From: Ginkgo biloba
Lineage: Eukaryota > Plantae > Ginkgophyta
DNA length: 23,541 bases
Assembly (NCBI GenBank): GCA_024626585.2
Contig: JANKJI020000002.1
Location: 226,587,109 to 226,610,649 of the forward strand
Direction: 5' to 3'
Numbering within the stretch: the stretch's first letter is position 1; each line of letters begins with the position of its first letter. The notes beneath the pieces were generated by a model. It was given only the letters and a program-made list of their open reading frames with translations. It searched no databases and had not been told where the DNA came from. Below are positions 12,960-23,541 of the stretch, one piece after another. A program made the translations under genes and the position numbers.

Positions 12960-13390
12960 GATAACTTTCATATACCTTGGACTTTAATGAGCTTGGTTGG
13001 CCTAATTTCCAAANNNNNNNNNNNNNNNNNNNNNNNNNNNNNNNNNNNNNNNNNNNNNNNNNNNNNNNNNNNNNNTCTTACTGATTTATTAACAACAAGT
13101 GGCATATAGGATACAATATGACTCATCAAAATATAAGGCCTAAATTCCTTGACAAATTTTACTAGATCATAAACCTACCTATCCAAATCTGTATATCTTA
13201 GCTCATAATATTTTAATACCTTACTCATAATTATAGTGGGTCATTCATGGACTTCATCATATTTTTTCAATAAGAAAACAACCACTTCCTATTCCTAAGT
13301 ATATGAATAGATAATGATTTTTTTTTAAAGTTTGGTGCCACCAGCACTAGAGATGACATGATGGCATCTTTGATATTTTAAAATGAATCT
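12960..13390 (-). pseudogene. Ty3/gypsy RNase H (connection/RH domain)
   Basis: IKDAIMSSLVLVAPNF...KVLKYYELRYTDLDR*VYDLVKFVKEFRPYILMSHIVSYMP...(gap)...LEIRPTKLIKVQGI matches the consensus ELKYxxxEKQAYALVKAxKxFRxYILxSH...EIKPTKLIKGQGL. Confidence 0.85.
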
Positions 13391-13399
13391 TTGGCATAT

Positions 13400-14240
13400 T
13401 ATATCCACTTAAATTAACATTATTCTTTAATAATTAGGTGATAGGTTATACAATGTTAGAAAATTCAAGGATGAACCTCATAAACAAATTAATCTTTGCA
13501 ATGAAAGATTAAATGAACTTCTTATTAGTGGGAAAAGGCAATTGATGTATTTTGTTATCTATGTTAGGATCATTATATGCATCTTACTTAGAAACCACTT
13601 AGCTAAGTAGGTTTCCCTTAGTGAGTTTGAAGTTTTAATTCTTGGGGTTGAGATATATGATGAACTTTTGACACCTTTAAAATACTTCCTTAAGATGTTT
13701 TATGTGGTTATATCATCTAGATAAATTACTATGATTTTTCCAACCAAATCACTAAAGGCATAATCCATTACTCTTTGGAACATTACACCAATATTAATCA
13801 ACTTGAAATTCATTCTCTTATATGAAAAGGTTCCCCATAAAGTTTTGAAGGCTATCTCATGATTATTATCTTCCATAACCAATACCTAATCATAACCCTA
13901 GAACCCATCCAATATTAACATCATTTTAGAACCAATTACCATTTACAAAAACTGATCCATTCTTGGAAAATATACATAGACATAGATCTCTCTATTCTTC
14001 TTTCAAATTGGGACCAAATTCACTACCCATATTGAGTAGCAAAATAGAAAGATAATTATAGAATTCAATAGATTTTGTAACTATTGCCAAATCATGTCTT
14101 CTATATTGGAGATGATTGATCTCTATAAATAATGATTTCACCTTAGGCTTCAAAAGGATGTTGTATTCAATAGCTTCAAGGATGAAAAGTTTTAGATCAT
14201 CATAAGACTAGGAAAATACATATTTAAATTCTCAAAACAA
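13400..14240 (-). pseudogene. Ty3/gypsy reverse transcriptase
   Basis: EFKYVFS*SYDDLK...YSIWVVNLVPI*KKNREIYVYVYF/PRMDQFL*MVIGSKMMLILDGF*GYD*VLV...IAFKTLWGTFSYKRMNFKLINIGVMFQRVMDYAFSDLVGKIIVIYLDDIT...HLKEVF*RCQKF..LNPK...SFIAKINLFMRFI. Includes track ORF 13700-13882. Confidence 0.95.
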
Positions 14241-14549
14241 ATACCCAAATAAGGCACATCATATAGACTTAATAGACTCTAGAATCAAGAGTTTCTTTGG
14301 AATCTTACTTCGTCTCAATTAAATAATCCCTTCATAATCTATGGATTAGTTTACAAGGAGTTCATCTTGAGTTTCATTATCTTTAATATGATATCCTTCA
14401 AAATACCCCTCTTCCCATAGGAATATTAATATATTTTTTTCATGATGAAACACTTGTCAATGTTTAGTGTTATATGGGACTAAACATCAAGAATTTGAAT
14501 ATATATTTATTATATGGAAGAGAGGGGTGAGGAGAAAATAAAGAATAAA

Positions 14550-14857
14550 ATATGACCAATGAGTCTACAAGTTGATTATGTTCACTTTGACTAAAAAAGA
14601 TCGAAAAGGCATAATAATACTTAATTAAGTGCTGCACTTAGTTCATGTACTCCTTAAGTAAATTATTATTAGTATCAAAAGTGTCATGAACCTTATTTAT
14701 GATCAACTTAGAATATATGTGTACTTTAAAAATTTTAAGTCCAGGGATTCCATCTTGCCTTAATCCAAGAACTAAAGATTCATATTTGATTATGTTATTA
14801 GTGTAATTTAAGTCTAATTAATATGAGAAGGGATGAACTTTACTTGAAGGATCATTA
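14550..14857 (-). pseudogene. Additional archaeal-type RNase H (aRH; RVT_3/RNase_HI-like) located upstream of RT
   Basis: Translation DPSSKVHPFSY*LDLNYTNNIIKYESLVLGLRQDGIPGLKIFKVHIYSKLIINKVHDTF...LLKEYMN*VQHLIKYY...SEHNQLVDSLV matches the aRH consensus LxFxCTNNxAEYEALxxGL...L.V.GDSxLVxxQV...RExNxxADxLA. Confidence 0.85.
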
Positions 14858-15418
14858 ANNNNNNNNNNNNNNNNNNNNNNNNNNNNNNNNNNNNNNNNNN
14901 NNNNNNNNNNNNNNNNNNNNNNNNNNNNNNNNNNNNNNNNNNNNNNNNNNNNNNNNNNNNNNNNNNNNNNNNNNNNNNNNNNNNNNNNNNNNNNNNNNNN
15001 NNNNNNNNNNNNNNNNNNNNNNNNNNNNNNNNNNNNNNNNNNNNNNNNNNNNNNNNNNNNNNNNNNNNNNNNNNNNNNNNNNNNNNNNNNNNNNNNNNNN
15101 NNNNNNNNNNNNNNNNNNNNNNNNNNNNNNNNNNNNNNNNNNNNNNNNNNNNNNNNNNNNNNNNNNNNNNNNNNNNNNNNNNNNNNNNNNNNNNNNNNNN
15201 NNNNNNNNNNNNNNNNNNNNNNNNNNNNNNNNNNNNNNNNNNNNNNNNNNNNNNNNNNNNNNNNNNNNNNNNNNNNNNNNNNNNNNNNNNNNNNNNNNNN
15301 NNNNNNNNNNNNNNNNNNNNNNNNNNNNNNNNNNNNNNNNNNNNNNNNNNNNNNNNNNNNNNNNNNNNNNNNNNNNNNNNNNNNNNNNNNNNNNNNNNNN
15401 NNNNNNNNNNNNNNNNNN

Positions 15419-15600
15419 TATCCTTATGGATACATATAAAGGTAGGTTACATAATAAAGACGATGCTTCACTTCTCTTGAGCACTGCATACAGAGTGTTA
15501 GTATTTCCTTCTACTAATTTATTTAAATTCTCCATTTGAGTAGGGACCTTAAATGCATCAAACAAACACATATTGGTAGAATACTTCTATAATTAACTTA
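15419..15600 (-). pseudogene. gag-pol linker immediately before the aspartic protease (protease presumably inside the 14859-15418 gap)
   Basis: MCLFDAFKVPTQMENLNKLV...PLYVSIRI resembles the SLFD..KIP.Q...PPFYVSL.I segment that precedes the LDSGA protease site in Tat-type elements. Confidence 0.6.
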
Positions 15601-15899
15601 CCACATTATATTTTAAAGAGGATGTTCTATTAATTATTTTAAGATAGTATGTCCTGTATTGAGGAAGAGAATTTCTTTTATTGGGTTATGAGGTTGAATT
15701 GGATGGCTGGCCTTATACATAATTCTTATATCTAAGTTAGTAAGATTCAATTCTATTACAAATAACCATCTTCCCCAAGGATTATTATTTATTTTATCCC
15801 TCTAGGGTGACCATATTAGGTTGGATCTAAATTGTTGCATACATAGAATTGGTGTTGGAAGGACTAGCTTACTTTGGTTTTTCTACTAGTTACATTGAC

Positions 15900-16770
15900 A
15901 ATTCCTAAAACCTTAAGAAGTTCAAGCAAGACACTTATGGATGGTATTCTTAATAAAATCTATAATAACATGGTGACTTGACACTAGTGGGAGGTAGGAG
16001 TGGCCTTTGTCAATCATGTTTATTTTAATCATAAAATAAGTTTTGATTTGGATGATATATCAAATTTATTCCTTCTCCTACTTGCCTCTTTAAGGAAGCT
16101 ATCTCATTATTGATTCTAAATTAATCCCAGAGTCTGTATGGATGCACATTATTGTTTCATATCTACCTTTCCCACTTTGATAGGGATGGATGGGGATATA
16201 TTAATATTTATGAACTTAATAACATTATTCTTAATCATTTGAGTGATCCTTATCACATCATCTATATTATCTATGTTTTTTTCTTTGTGCTTATACCAAT
16301 TTTCAATGCCTATCACTTTCATATAAAATTAAAAATAAATCTCATTGATAGGAATCAACTAAGTGTTAATCTCTCTCTTAACTTGGATAAATGAGATATT
16401 AAAATATTTAATGGAATCCTTCCCATTCTTATGAATGGTGATCAAGTGTTTCAACAAAATATGATTGTTGACTAGAATACTATACTTACTCTTAAATTAG
16501 GCATTCAAAATAACCCAATTAGTGATGGAGATTGTGGGCAATGAATTAAACTAAAGAAATGCTTCATCTTTCAAAATTTTAGAAAATAGACTTATGGATA
16601 TGTTCTCTAATATTGCAACTAATATAGTGTATGCTTTATAAAAATAGGAAAAATTATCTTCTGGGTTAATTGACCCATCTCATTTAAATCTTGGAAAATG
16701 ATCTTTTTCTCCACTTGGAAGATAATTAATATTGGCTCCTCAATTCAATGGTCCAATAGTTATCCATGGC
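15900..16770 (-). pseudogene. Retrotransposon gag (Retrotrans_gag capsid domain + degenerate zinc knuckle)
   Basis: Translation MPWITIGPLN*GANINYLPSGEKDHFPRFK*DGSINPEDNFSYF...LFSKILKDEAFL*FNSLPTIS/TNW...FKSKY fits the gag consensus LPKFxGD..PEDH..F...LF..TL...A..WF.SLP..SI.NW. PCYYRFY*EYHP*VSC near 15925-15975 resembles a decayed CCHC knuckle. Confidence 0.78.
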
Positions 16771-17095
16771 ATTTCCATTACGGTAATAAGGTATTGAATG
16801 GTGAAAACTTAAGTGGTGGTGTTGGATATTACTAAAAATAAAGGTACCTATTGCTTATGTGAGCTTGAAGGAAGGAAACTTGATTGAAAAAGACTAGGTG
16901 AAGTGGGAGTCTCTCAAAAGGAAATAGGAAGGAAAACTTTGATTTTAGGGAAAAACACCTCCTCAAATGCTTCTTATTTAGTGTCCAAATAAGACTCTTA
17001 CAATAGACCATAAGATTTATCCAATCTTATGTATTCCTTCCTTACTTCAACTAGACTAAATTATCAAATATGAGTCAAATTGATCATTAATTATT

Positions 17096-17114
17096 GTCCC
17101 CAATATGGTCATTA
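17096..17114 (-). promoter_or_regulatory. Possible heavily decayed primer-binding site of the Tat-type element
   Basis: Plus-strand gtccccaatatggtcatta loosely resembles gtccccggcaacggcgcca (reverse complement of the TGGCGCCGTTGCCGGGGAC-type PBS) after transitions. It sits ~330 bp upstream of gag, but the match is weak. Confidence 0.2.
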
Positions 17115-18199
17115 GTTTTTTTTATTATTCTTTTGTGTATAACCAATGTTGAATGGCTATGACTATATTTCCTTGAGGAAGTATCACAAAAGTCATAATA
17201 AAAGAGAAGATAAACTTCCTCTACTATAATGGGGTAACTTCCTTATTGAGTGAAAAATAAATTCTAAACTAGGTGGGGTAGTATTTATAATGAATATTCA
17301 CATAATATACAATAAGTTTGACATTTATTTTGGTCTTATTTTATGCAACAGATAAACAATAATATATATTATGAAATATAATAAAATTGGGATGAAATAA
17401 TCTATTATATGGGTCTGTAGTGCTGACTGTCAAACTCTAGACATAAATAATAGATAAAGGATATATAATGACTAAGAAAATAAACAACATAGGATGAACA
17501 ACAAAGAATCCCTTAATTCTAAACACCCTCTTAAGATATTTTATAGTGTCATAAAGTGAAACTCTTTAGGTAGTTTTAGCTTCAGGGAAGATAGGTAAAC
17601 TATTCTACCATTACAATACTAGAATCATTATAATTCTTTGGCATAACAACACATCAAGTTGGCTTATATTTTTCACTCCATAAGAATGCCCAAGGAATAT
17701 GAAAAAATAAAGAAAAATGTATTGATTGCAACTAAAACGTTTAAGAGTCACACTATAANNNNNNNNNNNNNNNNNNNNNNNNNNNNNNNNNNNNNNNNNN
17801 NNNNNNNNNNNNNNNNNNNNNNNNNNNNNNNNNNNNNNNNNNNNNNNNNNNNNNNNNNATATCACAAAAAATACAACCCTATACAAGGACATGCACATCT
17901 AAGTCACAATGGTAGGCACAAATCTAGGATCACAATGTGTCACTAAAGTGACTTCTTCCTGATAAAAAAATTGTGAGGGAAGGGGAAATTTACATTAAAA
18001 ACATAGAAAAATGTAGAAATAAGTAAATGGAGTAAAATGGGAAAAACATAAAGGGTATAAGAACAAAGTGATTCTCTCACTAGTAGTGCTAAAAAAAATC
18101 CTTATTCCTTGATCCTACTCTAATTTATACCTTCTCAATCTTGGGTGACAGAGGGACTTGTATGTACCTATGAACTAACTGACCTCAACAGTTTCTTTC

Positions 18200-21100
18200 A
18201 CTATTTATTTCTTTATTAACCCTTGTTCATAGTACTACTACAAATTTTGTTGGATGTTTTTTTTCTTGGTTGTATGTAGGCATTTATATGGGTATGGATC
18301 CTTATAACCTCTTATTTAATTCTTTATATTTATTTAATTCTAGAGTTTACAAAAAAATAAATTTCATGGCTATGGCATTGTTGTTTTAGTATGTAAGTAT
18401 TTAAGGCATTGGGGTATAGTCCTTATATATCAATTAATAATAGAGAAGCTTTATCCTTCTCATAATGACTTAATTTCTTATAGTTATCCTTCAAAATGAG
18501 ATGATAATATTAGAATGGTGGTAATATCTAACTTCTTGACACTCGTTGTTTGAGTGAGGATAATATTTTTTCAAGTGTAAATTTTATCTTTGCTAATTGT
18601 CCAAGTATCTCACAAGATACATCTCTTTTCATAATAAGGGAATTATTATCTTCATTTACCTCTTCTATCCCTAAGCTTGTGTTATTATATTCCTTAGTTA
18701 TATGGTCACACAATTATTTTATTTCATCACCCATCATTATCTCCATGTCATCTAAATTTTGTGTATAAGTTTTAGAATTAGAAGTAATTCTTTCTATGGT
18801 TAATTATGTTTTGTAAGTGATCTCCCAGGCTTGTGATAAAATATATTCCTTCTTATATATACCTCCTAGTTAATCATGATGAGATCCTTTTGACATAATC
18901 TCGTAATGTGAATTTTTTATACAATCTGCTCTCATCTGATGGTGTAATGGAGGTGGATGGTTCCATTATAATTTGAGGCATTAGAGCTAATTTAAATTTG
19001 ATTTAATTTATTTTTAAGTGATACATTGTTATCCCTCAATTGGGAATTCTACCTTGATAATTCATCTATCTTTACTTTCAAGTCATTAAAGGAAACCTCA
19101 TAAAATTTAACCATTTCATGGGATGATAATTAATACACATCTAATTTTTATTCCTAGAAGGAAAAATATATTATGGTGATGGTAGCCTTGGATTTTAAAT
19201 CCTTATACTTAGCTTATTTAATTCTAAGATATGTATTACNNNNNNNNNNNNNNNNNNNNNNNNNNNNNNNNNNAAATTAAATGTTAGGGGTACACCTATA
19301 ATAACTAGTGTTGATTATTGATTTATAAGTTCCACAAACTAGGGGTTCATCATAGCCTCTTAGTGGTTTCTTAAATTAGAACCTCCATAGGTTATTTTTA
19401 AGATAGAATTATTATCGTATCATAAGAACAAGGGGATCTTAATTGTTCATAACTAATAGGGTATTTTTTCTTGGAAGTTGATTCTAGTAAACCTTGACTC
19501 TTTAAATTCCTGTGCTACTTAAAAACTTGGCGACCTACTTCATGTTTTGATTTTCTCTTTTTTTCCTTATTTGAATCATCATCATTAAATCCTCCTCCTT
19601 CCACTTCATTTTCTTTCACTAATAAGGTTACATATTTAGGCCTGAGTAAAACATGCATAATCATCTCAATGACTTCTTAACTATCTTCTTCTTTTGAATA
19701 TTTTTTGGATGAATACCCTTCTTATCCCACTTCAAATAGTTTCTCTAAGTTATTTCAGTTTAGACCTCAATTTTCTAAATTCATTTCTTCATGAAAAATG
19801 ATATCATTCTAGGTAGAAACTAATGCAGATGGACTATTTTTAGGGGTGATACTACCCCTTGTTTTATGTTTTACCTAGTTATAGTCCATCGGGTTCCTAA
19901 ATGTATCCTCAAAATATGAAAAATGGTAGTGATTCATTTTTTAATGGTAGGAAAAAATTCCCTTTGGGTTGTAGACTCTCTCGCAGACCTCTTTATGTCA
20001 CAAATCACTTATTTTATCAGAAAAGGACCTTACCTTTCCTGTTTTCATTATAGTAAGCTCACCCAAATGGAAATGGAATGAATTAAAAGAATATTTATTT
20101 CCCTTCTATGATATTTGGCAATATATGGATTGAATGTGCTTACATGATTCATATAGAAGGTTCTAATTATCCATGAACTTTAGGAGTCAGTACAGTCTTT
20201 TTTCAAATCCATTTAAGTGTATATAGGTGTAATCTTTCTTTAAGAAAGATTCTATAATTTCTTTGAAAGAATCTCTAGTGGCACAGGTAACCTTGGGCAT
20301 TCTTGATTCTCAACAAGTTCATACATTTTGAAAATAATTTTTTTATTCAATAAATAAAAATAGTTCATATAATTTCCTTCAATACTTTAGGATACCAGTA
20401 AGTAACTAGTAATTTGTTTCCTTTATTATTTTGAATGCTACAAGACAAAGTAGGAAAATTCTAGGAAAATAATAAACCATAAATTAAATAAGAAGTCATA
20501 TAAAAATGGTGAGACTGAGGAAGTTATGTAAGATGGTGTGTAATTATTTCACTAACAATATTAACCCAAAGAAACAAAATCCCATTTAGCATGGTGTCAT
20601 GAATCATAAATANNNNNNNNNNNNNNNNNNNNNNNNNNNNNNNNNNNNNNNNNNNNNNNNNNNNNNNNNNNNNNNNNNNNNNNNNNNNNNNNNNNNNNNN
20701 NNNNNNNNNNNNAAGATAACTAAAGGAAATTTTAGGAAAATAACAAAGAATAGACTAAATAAGAAGTCACATAAAAATAGAAAGAATGATGAAGTTTTGT
20801 GAGATGGTGTAGATTTTTTTCACTAATAATATTAGCCTAATCAAAGGCAAGTCCCTTTACTATATTATTATGAATCATCAATATTGTATAATAATACATT
20901 TGATTGGTGTATTTATCACTAAAGATCTTAATTAATAAGGTGACATCATCCCTTTATTTTATTTATAACTTTATCATCTTAGAAACTAGTTTTCTCACAT
21001 GTTTTTGAACTTCAACTTCCATCCAAGAATTGACTAGGTCTAGGATCCTATAAAATTTCTTATAAAAATTATCTGCTCTCTATAAATAAAAGTATATTAC

Positions 21101-21431
21101 ATAAGGTAGAATATGAAATATCACTTAGAATATTTTTGGATTGAGAGAACATAATACATATCCTATAATGGAGACTATGGCTTTACTTCTAGGGTCAAGT
21201 CTTTTGGTGCACCATTCTACTAAAATATGGCTTAATTGTTGGTATGGATGCATCTTAAATCAAGCGTAATTTCCATAGTATGTTCGCCTCTCTTTCTTCT
21301 GTTCTCCTTCTGAGAAAATTAAAAAAAATGACACTGAAATTAGGTTCATAGGTATCAAAGGTGTCCATGATCTTAACTATTAGAGCATATTTTAAAAATA
21401 TTGGTTCTTTAAAATTTCTCCTCCCCATCAT
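18200..21431 (-). pseudogene. Long decayed retrotransposon accessory ORF (eORF) of unknown function: globular N-terminal domain, charged linker, coiled-coil-like C-terminus
   Basis: Putative ATG at 21431. Translation MMGRRNFKEP...LVEWCTKRLDPRSKAIVSIIGYVLCSLNP..IFHI...DDVTLLIKIFS...FD*ANIISEKNLHHL...FYVTSYLVY...ECPRL...KDYTYIHLNGFEKRLY*LLKFMDN...ERVYNPKGIF, then an E/K/D-rich stretch (~19550-19800) and a heptad-like region including track ORF 18528-18713. It resembles conserved uncharacterised ORFs I associate with gymnosperm repeats. It spans two N gaps. Confidence 0.65.
20442..20883. repeat. Diverged ~170 bp direct duplication flanking a 100-N gap
   Basis: 20442-20612 and 20713-20883 share taggaaaataa, taaataagaagtca.ataaaaat, agatggtgt, ttcactaa.aatatta and atgaatcat.aata. 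About 70% identity by eye. Confidence 0.85.
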
Positions 21432-21962
21432 TTCTAAATTACTGTAGTAATTAAAACTAATCTTCTAGGAAAATCATTTTTATTCAACTAAAATTTAAAC
21501 TTTGACCTTAATTTGATACTGCCTTAAGGCATATTGGATACAAAAATGGCCTTAGAAAATATGATAGAATTGGTTGGAATATCATGTGGTACGTACTATT
21601 GTGTTAATGTCATAACATATTAAATATTATTTAGACAACCTTAAGTGATGTCCATGTTATAGATGATCTTCTTTGTGATTCTACATTCTCATATAGGCTC
21701 ATTACATAAAATAAATCTTAACATTTTATAATGAACCCTTAGGTGATATATTTAAACTTCTTGATAAATACATGAGTGATGTTTTGGTTTCCATGTATGT
21801 GTCATATCTCTAACAAAATCATGGTGCCCACTCCATTGTTAAATATGTATCCCATCACTCAAACTTATGGCATATGAATAACAAAGAGTATTAATTTCCT
21901 TTTTTTTTAAACTAGGCCATAAATAAGATTTGATCCCATAGATACACATGTTAAAATAATAC

Positions 21963-21982
21963 AAAAAAAAAAAAAAAAAAAA
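21963..21982 (+). repeat. Poly(A)20 tract
   Basis: Uninterrupted A run read directly. Confidence 0.9.
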
Positions 21983-22171
21983 TTGAGGATTTTTTCCTCC
22001 CTTGTATCACCCCTGGTATTCTCCTAGTTCAAAATGCTCAAAATGCTAAACTTTAGATATCCCTCATGGTAAAATTTGAACATTAAGTCTTGATTAGATA
22101 GAATCCATTTTTTAATTGGGTCCATAGTTGAATGCAAATGATCAATTTTCTCTTTACTTACTTAAGGGATC

Positions 22172-22539
22172 CTAAATTCTAAACTCCTAAACTTGCATAG
22201 ACACTTACTTGAATTGATCAATCTCTCTTCATTTCCTTATTAGGTTTGTAGAATGATGATGGAATAAAATATTTATCATTATGGGATTATACCTTTTGGG
22301 TATTTNNNNNNNNNNNNNNNNNNNNNNNNNNNNNNNNNNNNNNNNNNNNNNNNNNNNNNNNNNNNNNNNNNNNNNNNNNNNNNNNNNNNNNNNNNNNNNN
22401 NNNNNCTAAATTTTAAAATCCTAAACTTGTATAGACACTTACTTAAATTGATCAATCTCTCTTCATTTCCTTATTAGGTTTGTAGAATGATGATGGAACA
22501 AAGTATTTATCATTATGGGATTATACCTTTTAGATATTT
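22172..22539. repeat. ~134 bp near-identical direct duplication flanking a 100-N gap
   Basis: 22172-22305 vs 22406-22539: I count 8 mismatches, 7 of them transitions. Confidence 0.92.
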
Positions 22540-23541
22540 TAAAGGAAAATGTTAATGTTTACTCCTACTTATTTATAATTTCCCAAAACTCTAAGTCTTG
22601 GGTTTATCCTTAAGTGGTTATAAATGTATGCAGATCTTCTTTGTAGAAATTTAATCTCTAATTGGGTCCATGAGCCTCATAACTTANNNNNNNNNNNNNN
22701 NNNNNNNNNNNNNNNNNNNNNNNNNNNNNNNNNNNNNNNNNNNNNNNNNNNNNNNNTTCCTTCCTCATAAATCTTCAAACCCTGAAACCTAAAAAATCTT
22801 CATTCATTCCAATATAATCAATTTTTGGTTCTATAGGAGTCATCATAAATATTTTTCTATGAGGAATGTAAGCTCTAAGCCCTAAAGTTTGAATAAAAAA
22901 AATTTATAACTGCAAATGTTCTCAAATCTTTATATTTTATGCCAACTTCCCCTTTTCCTCCAAATTTTAGGTCTTTCTAAACACCAAAATTATGAAACTC
23001 AAATTTCTCCCATTATTGGAATTATTTTTATGCCTTTCTTTATATTCTCTTCCACTTGGGATAACCTTTTAATATTTGATTCTAATTTTATCTAAAGAGT
23101 GGTGCTTCCTTGATTCCTTATGAAAGATTATAAGTTGGGTCCCATTCATGGGTTAACAAAATCAAAGTATTCTTATCTATTTTAGAGTTTGTATATTCTT
23201 ACTAGTCATTAAATCACCTTTAATAGCTCTCCTTTAAATTAAACATAAAAAATATATGTAAAAAATGTATAAGAAGAATTTTAGTAGCCTCTAGATAGGT
23301 TTGTACTTTTTTTACATGTTTTCTAGGCCTTTTGTCAACTTTAAAGGGTAAGAAAATACTACATAGGGTTTGGCCTCTAATAAGGATATATGATAGGTCT
23401 TCTTCTACTAAAGAAGCCTCAAGAGGGTGAAATCACGTAGATGTGATACTATTTTTAGCAAAATGGTGGCAGCAAAAAAGATGCCTAGGAGAAAAATTTT
23501 AGGCACACAATTTGTTCGATCGAACATATAGTTGCCTAAAA

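Larger units (their letters stand above)
12511..17115 (-). mobile_element. Decayed Ty3/gypsy non-chromovirus Tat-type (TatII-like) LTR retrotransposon internal region: gag-PR-aRH-RT-RH-INT
   Basis: Collinear minus-strand remnants of gag, pre-protease, additional RNase H, RT (YLDD at 13712-13723), RNase H and integrase core, with many stops and frameshifts. LTRs could not be delimited, and the element spans two N gaps. Confidence 0.85.

Noticed and set aside
17115-17950. Candidate 5' LTR of the Tat element
   Set aside because: No second copy in the window and no clear TG...CA termini or PPT, and a gap interrupts it.
18240-18300. Apparent gag zinc knuckle (PYKCPTYNQEKKHP) on the minus strand
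   Set aside because: Only one Cys and one His are present, and the segment is better explained as the out-of-frame tail of the accessory ORF.
22757-23400. Possible second accessory ORF remnant on the minus strand
   Set aside because: Purine-rich and coding-like, but there are too many stops and no motif I can assign.
1-23541. Prokaryotic systems (CRISPR array, retron/DGR/group II intron RT, defence operon), rRNA/tRNA or host exons
   Set aside because: No regularly spaced short repeats, operon structure or structured-RNA signatures. The YLDD RT sits in an unambiguous gypsy gag-pol context.

Overview
AT-rich, CpG-depleted, gap-riddled eukaryotic draft scaffold made almost entirely of decayed plant retroelements. 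I see no intact host gene, RNA gene or prokaryotic system. Hand translation through stops and frameshifts gave five components. (1) A relatively young L1-type LINE ORF1 pseudogene (+, ~6.3-7.8 kb) faces a LINE ORF2 zinc-finger/RNase H fragment (-, 7.9-8.35 kb). (2) A Ty3/gypsy Tat-type element (-, ~12.5-17.1 kb) has the order gag-(protease in gap)-additional archaeal-type RNase H-RT-RNase H-integrase. As I recall, this aRH-before-RT layout marks the gymnosperm TatII lineage, so the host is probably a gymnosperm (inference). (3) A ~3 kb decayed accessory ORF of unknown function (-, ~18.2-21.4 kb) appears in the ORF track only as one 61-aa fragment. (4) A diverged ~1.9 kb tandem/circularly permuted repeat lies at 1.7-4.25 kb. 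(5) There are faint Ty1/copia and integrase remnants. Several N-gaps are flanked by duplicated sequence, so some adjacencies may be scaffolding artefacts. All family assignments come from motif recognition by eye; no searches were run.
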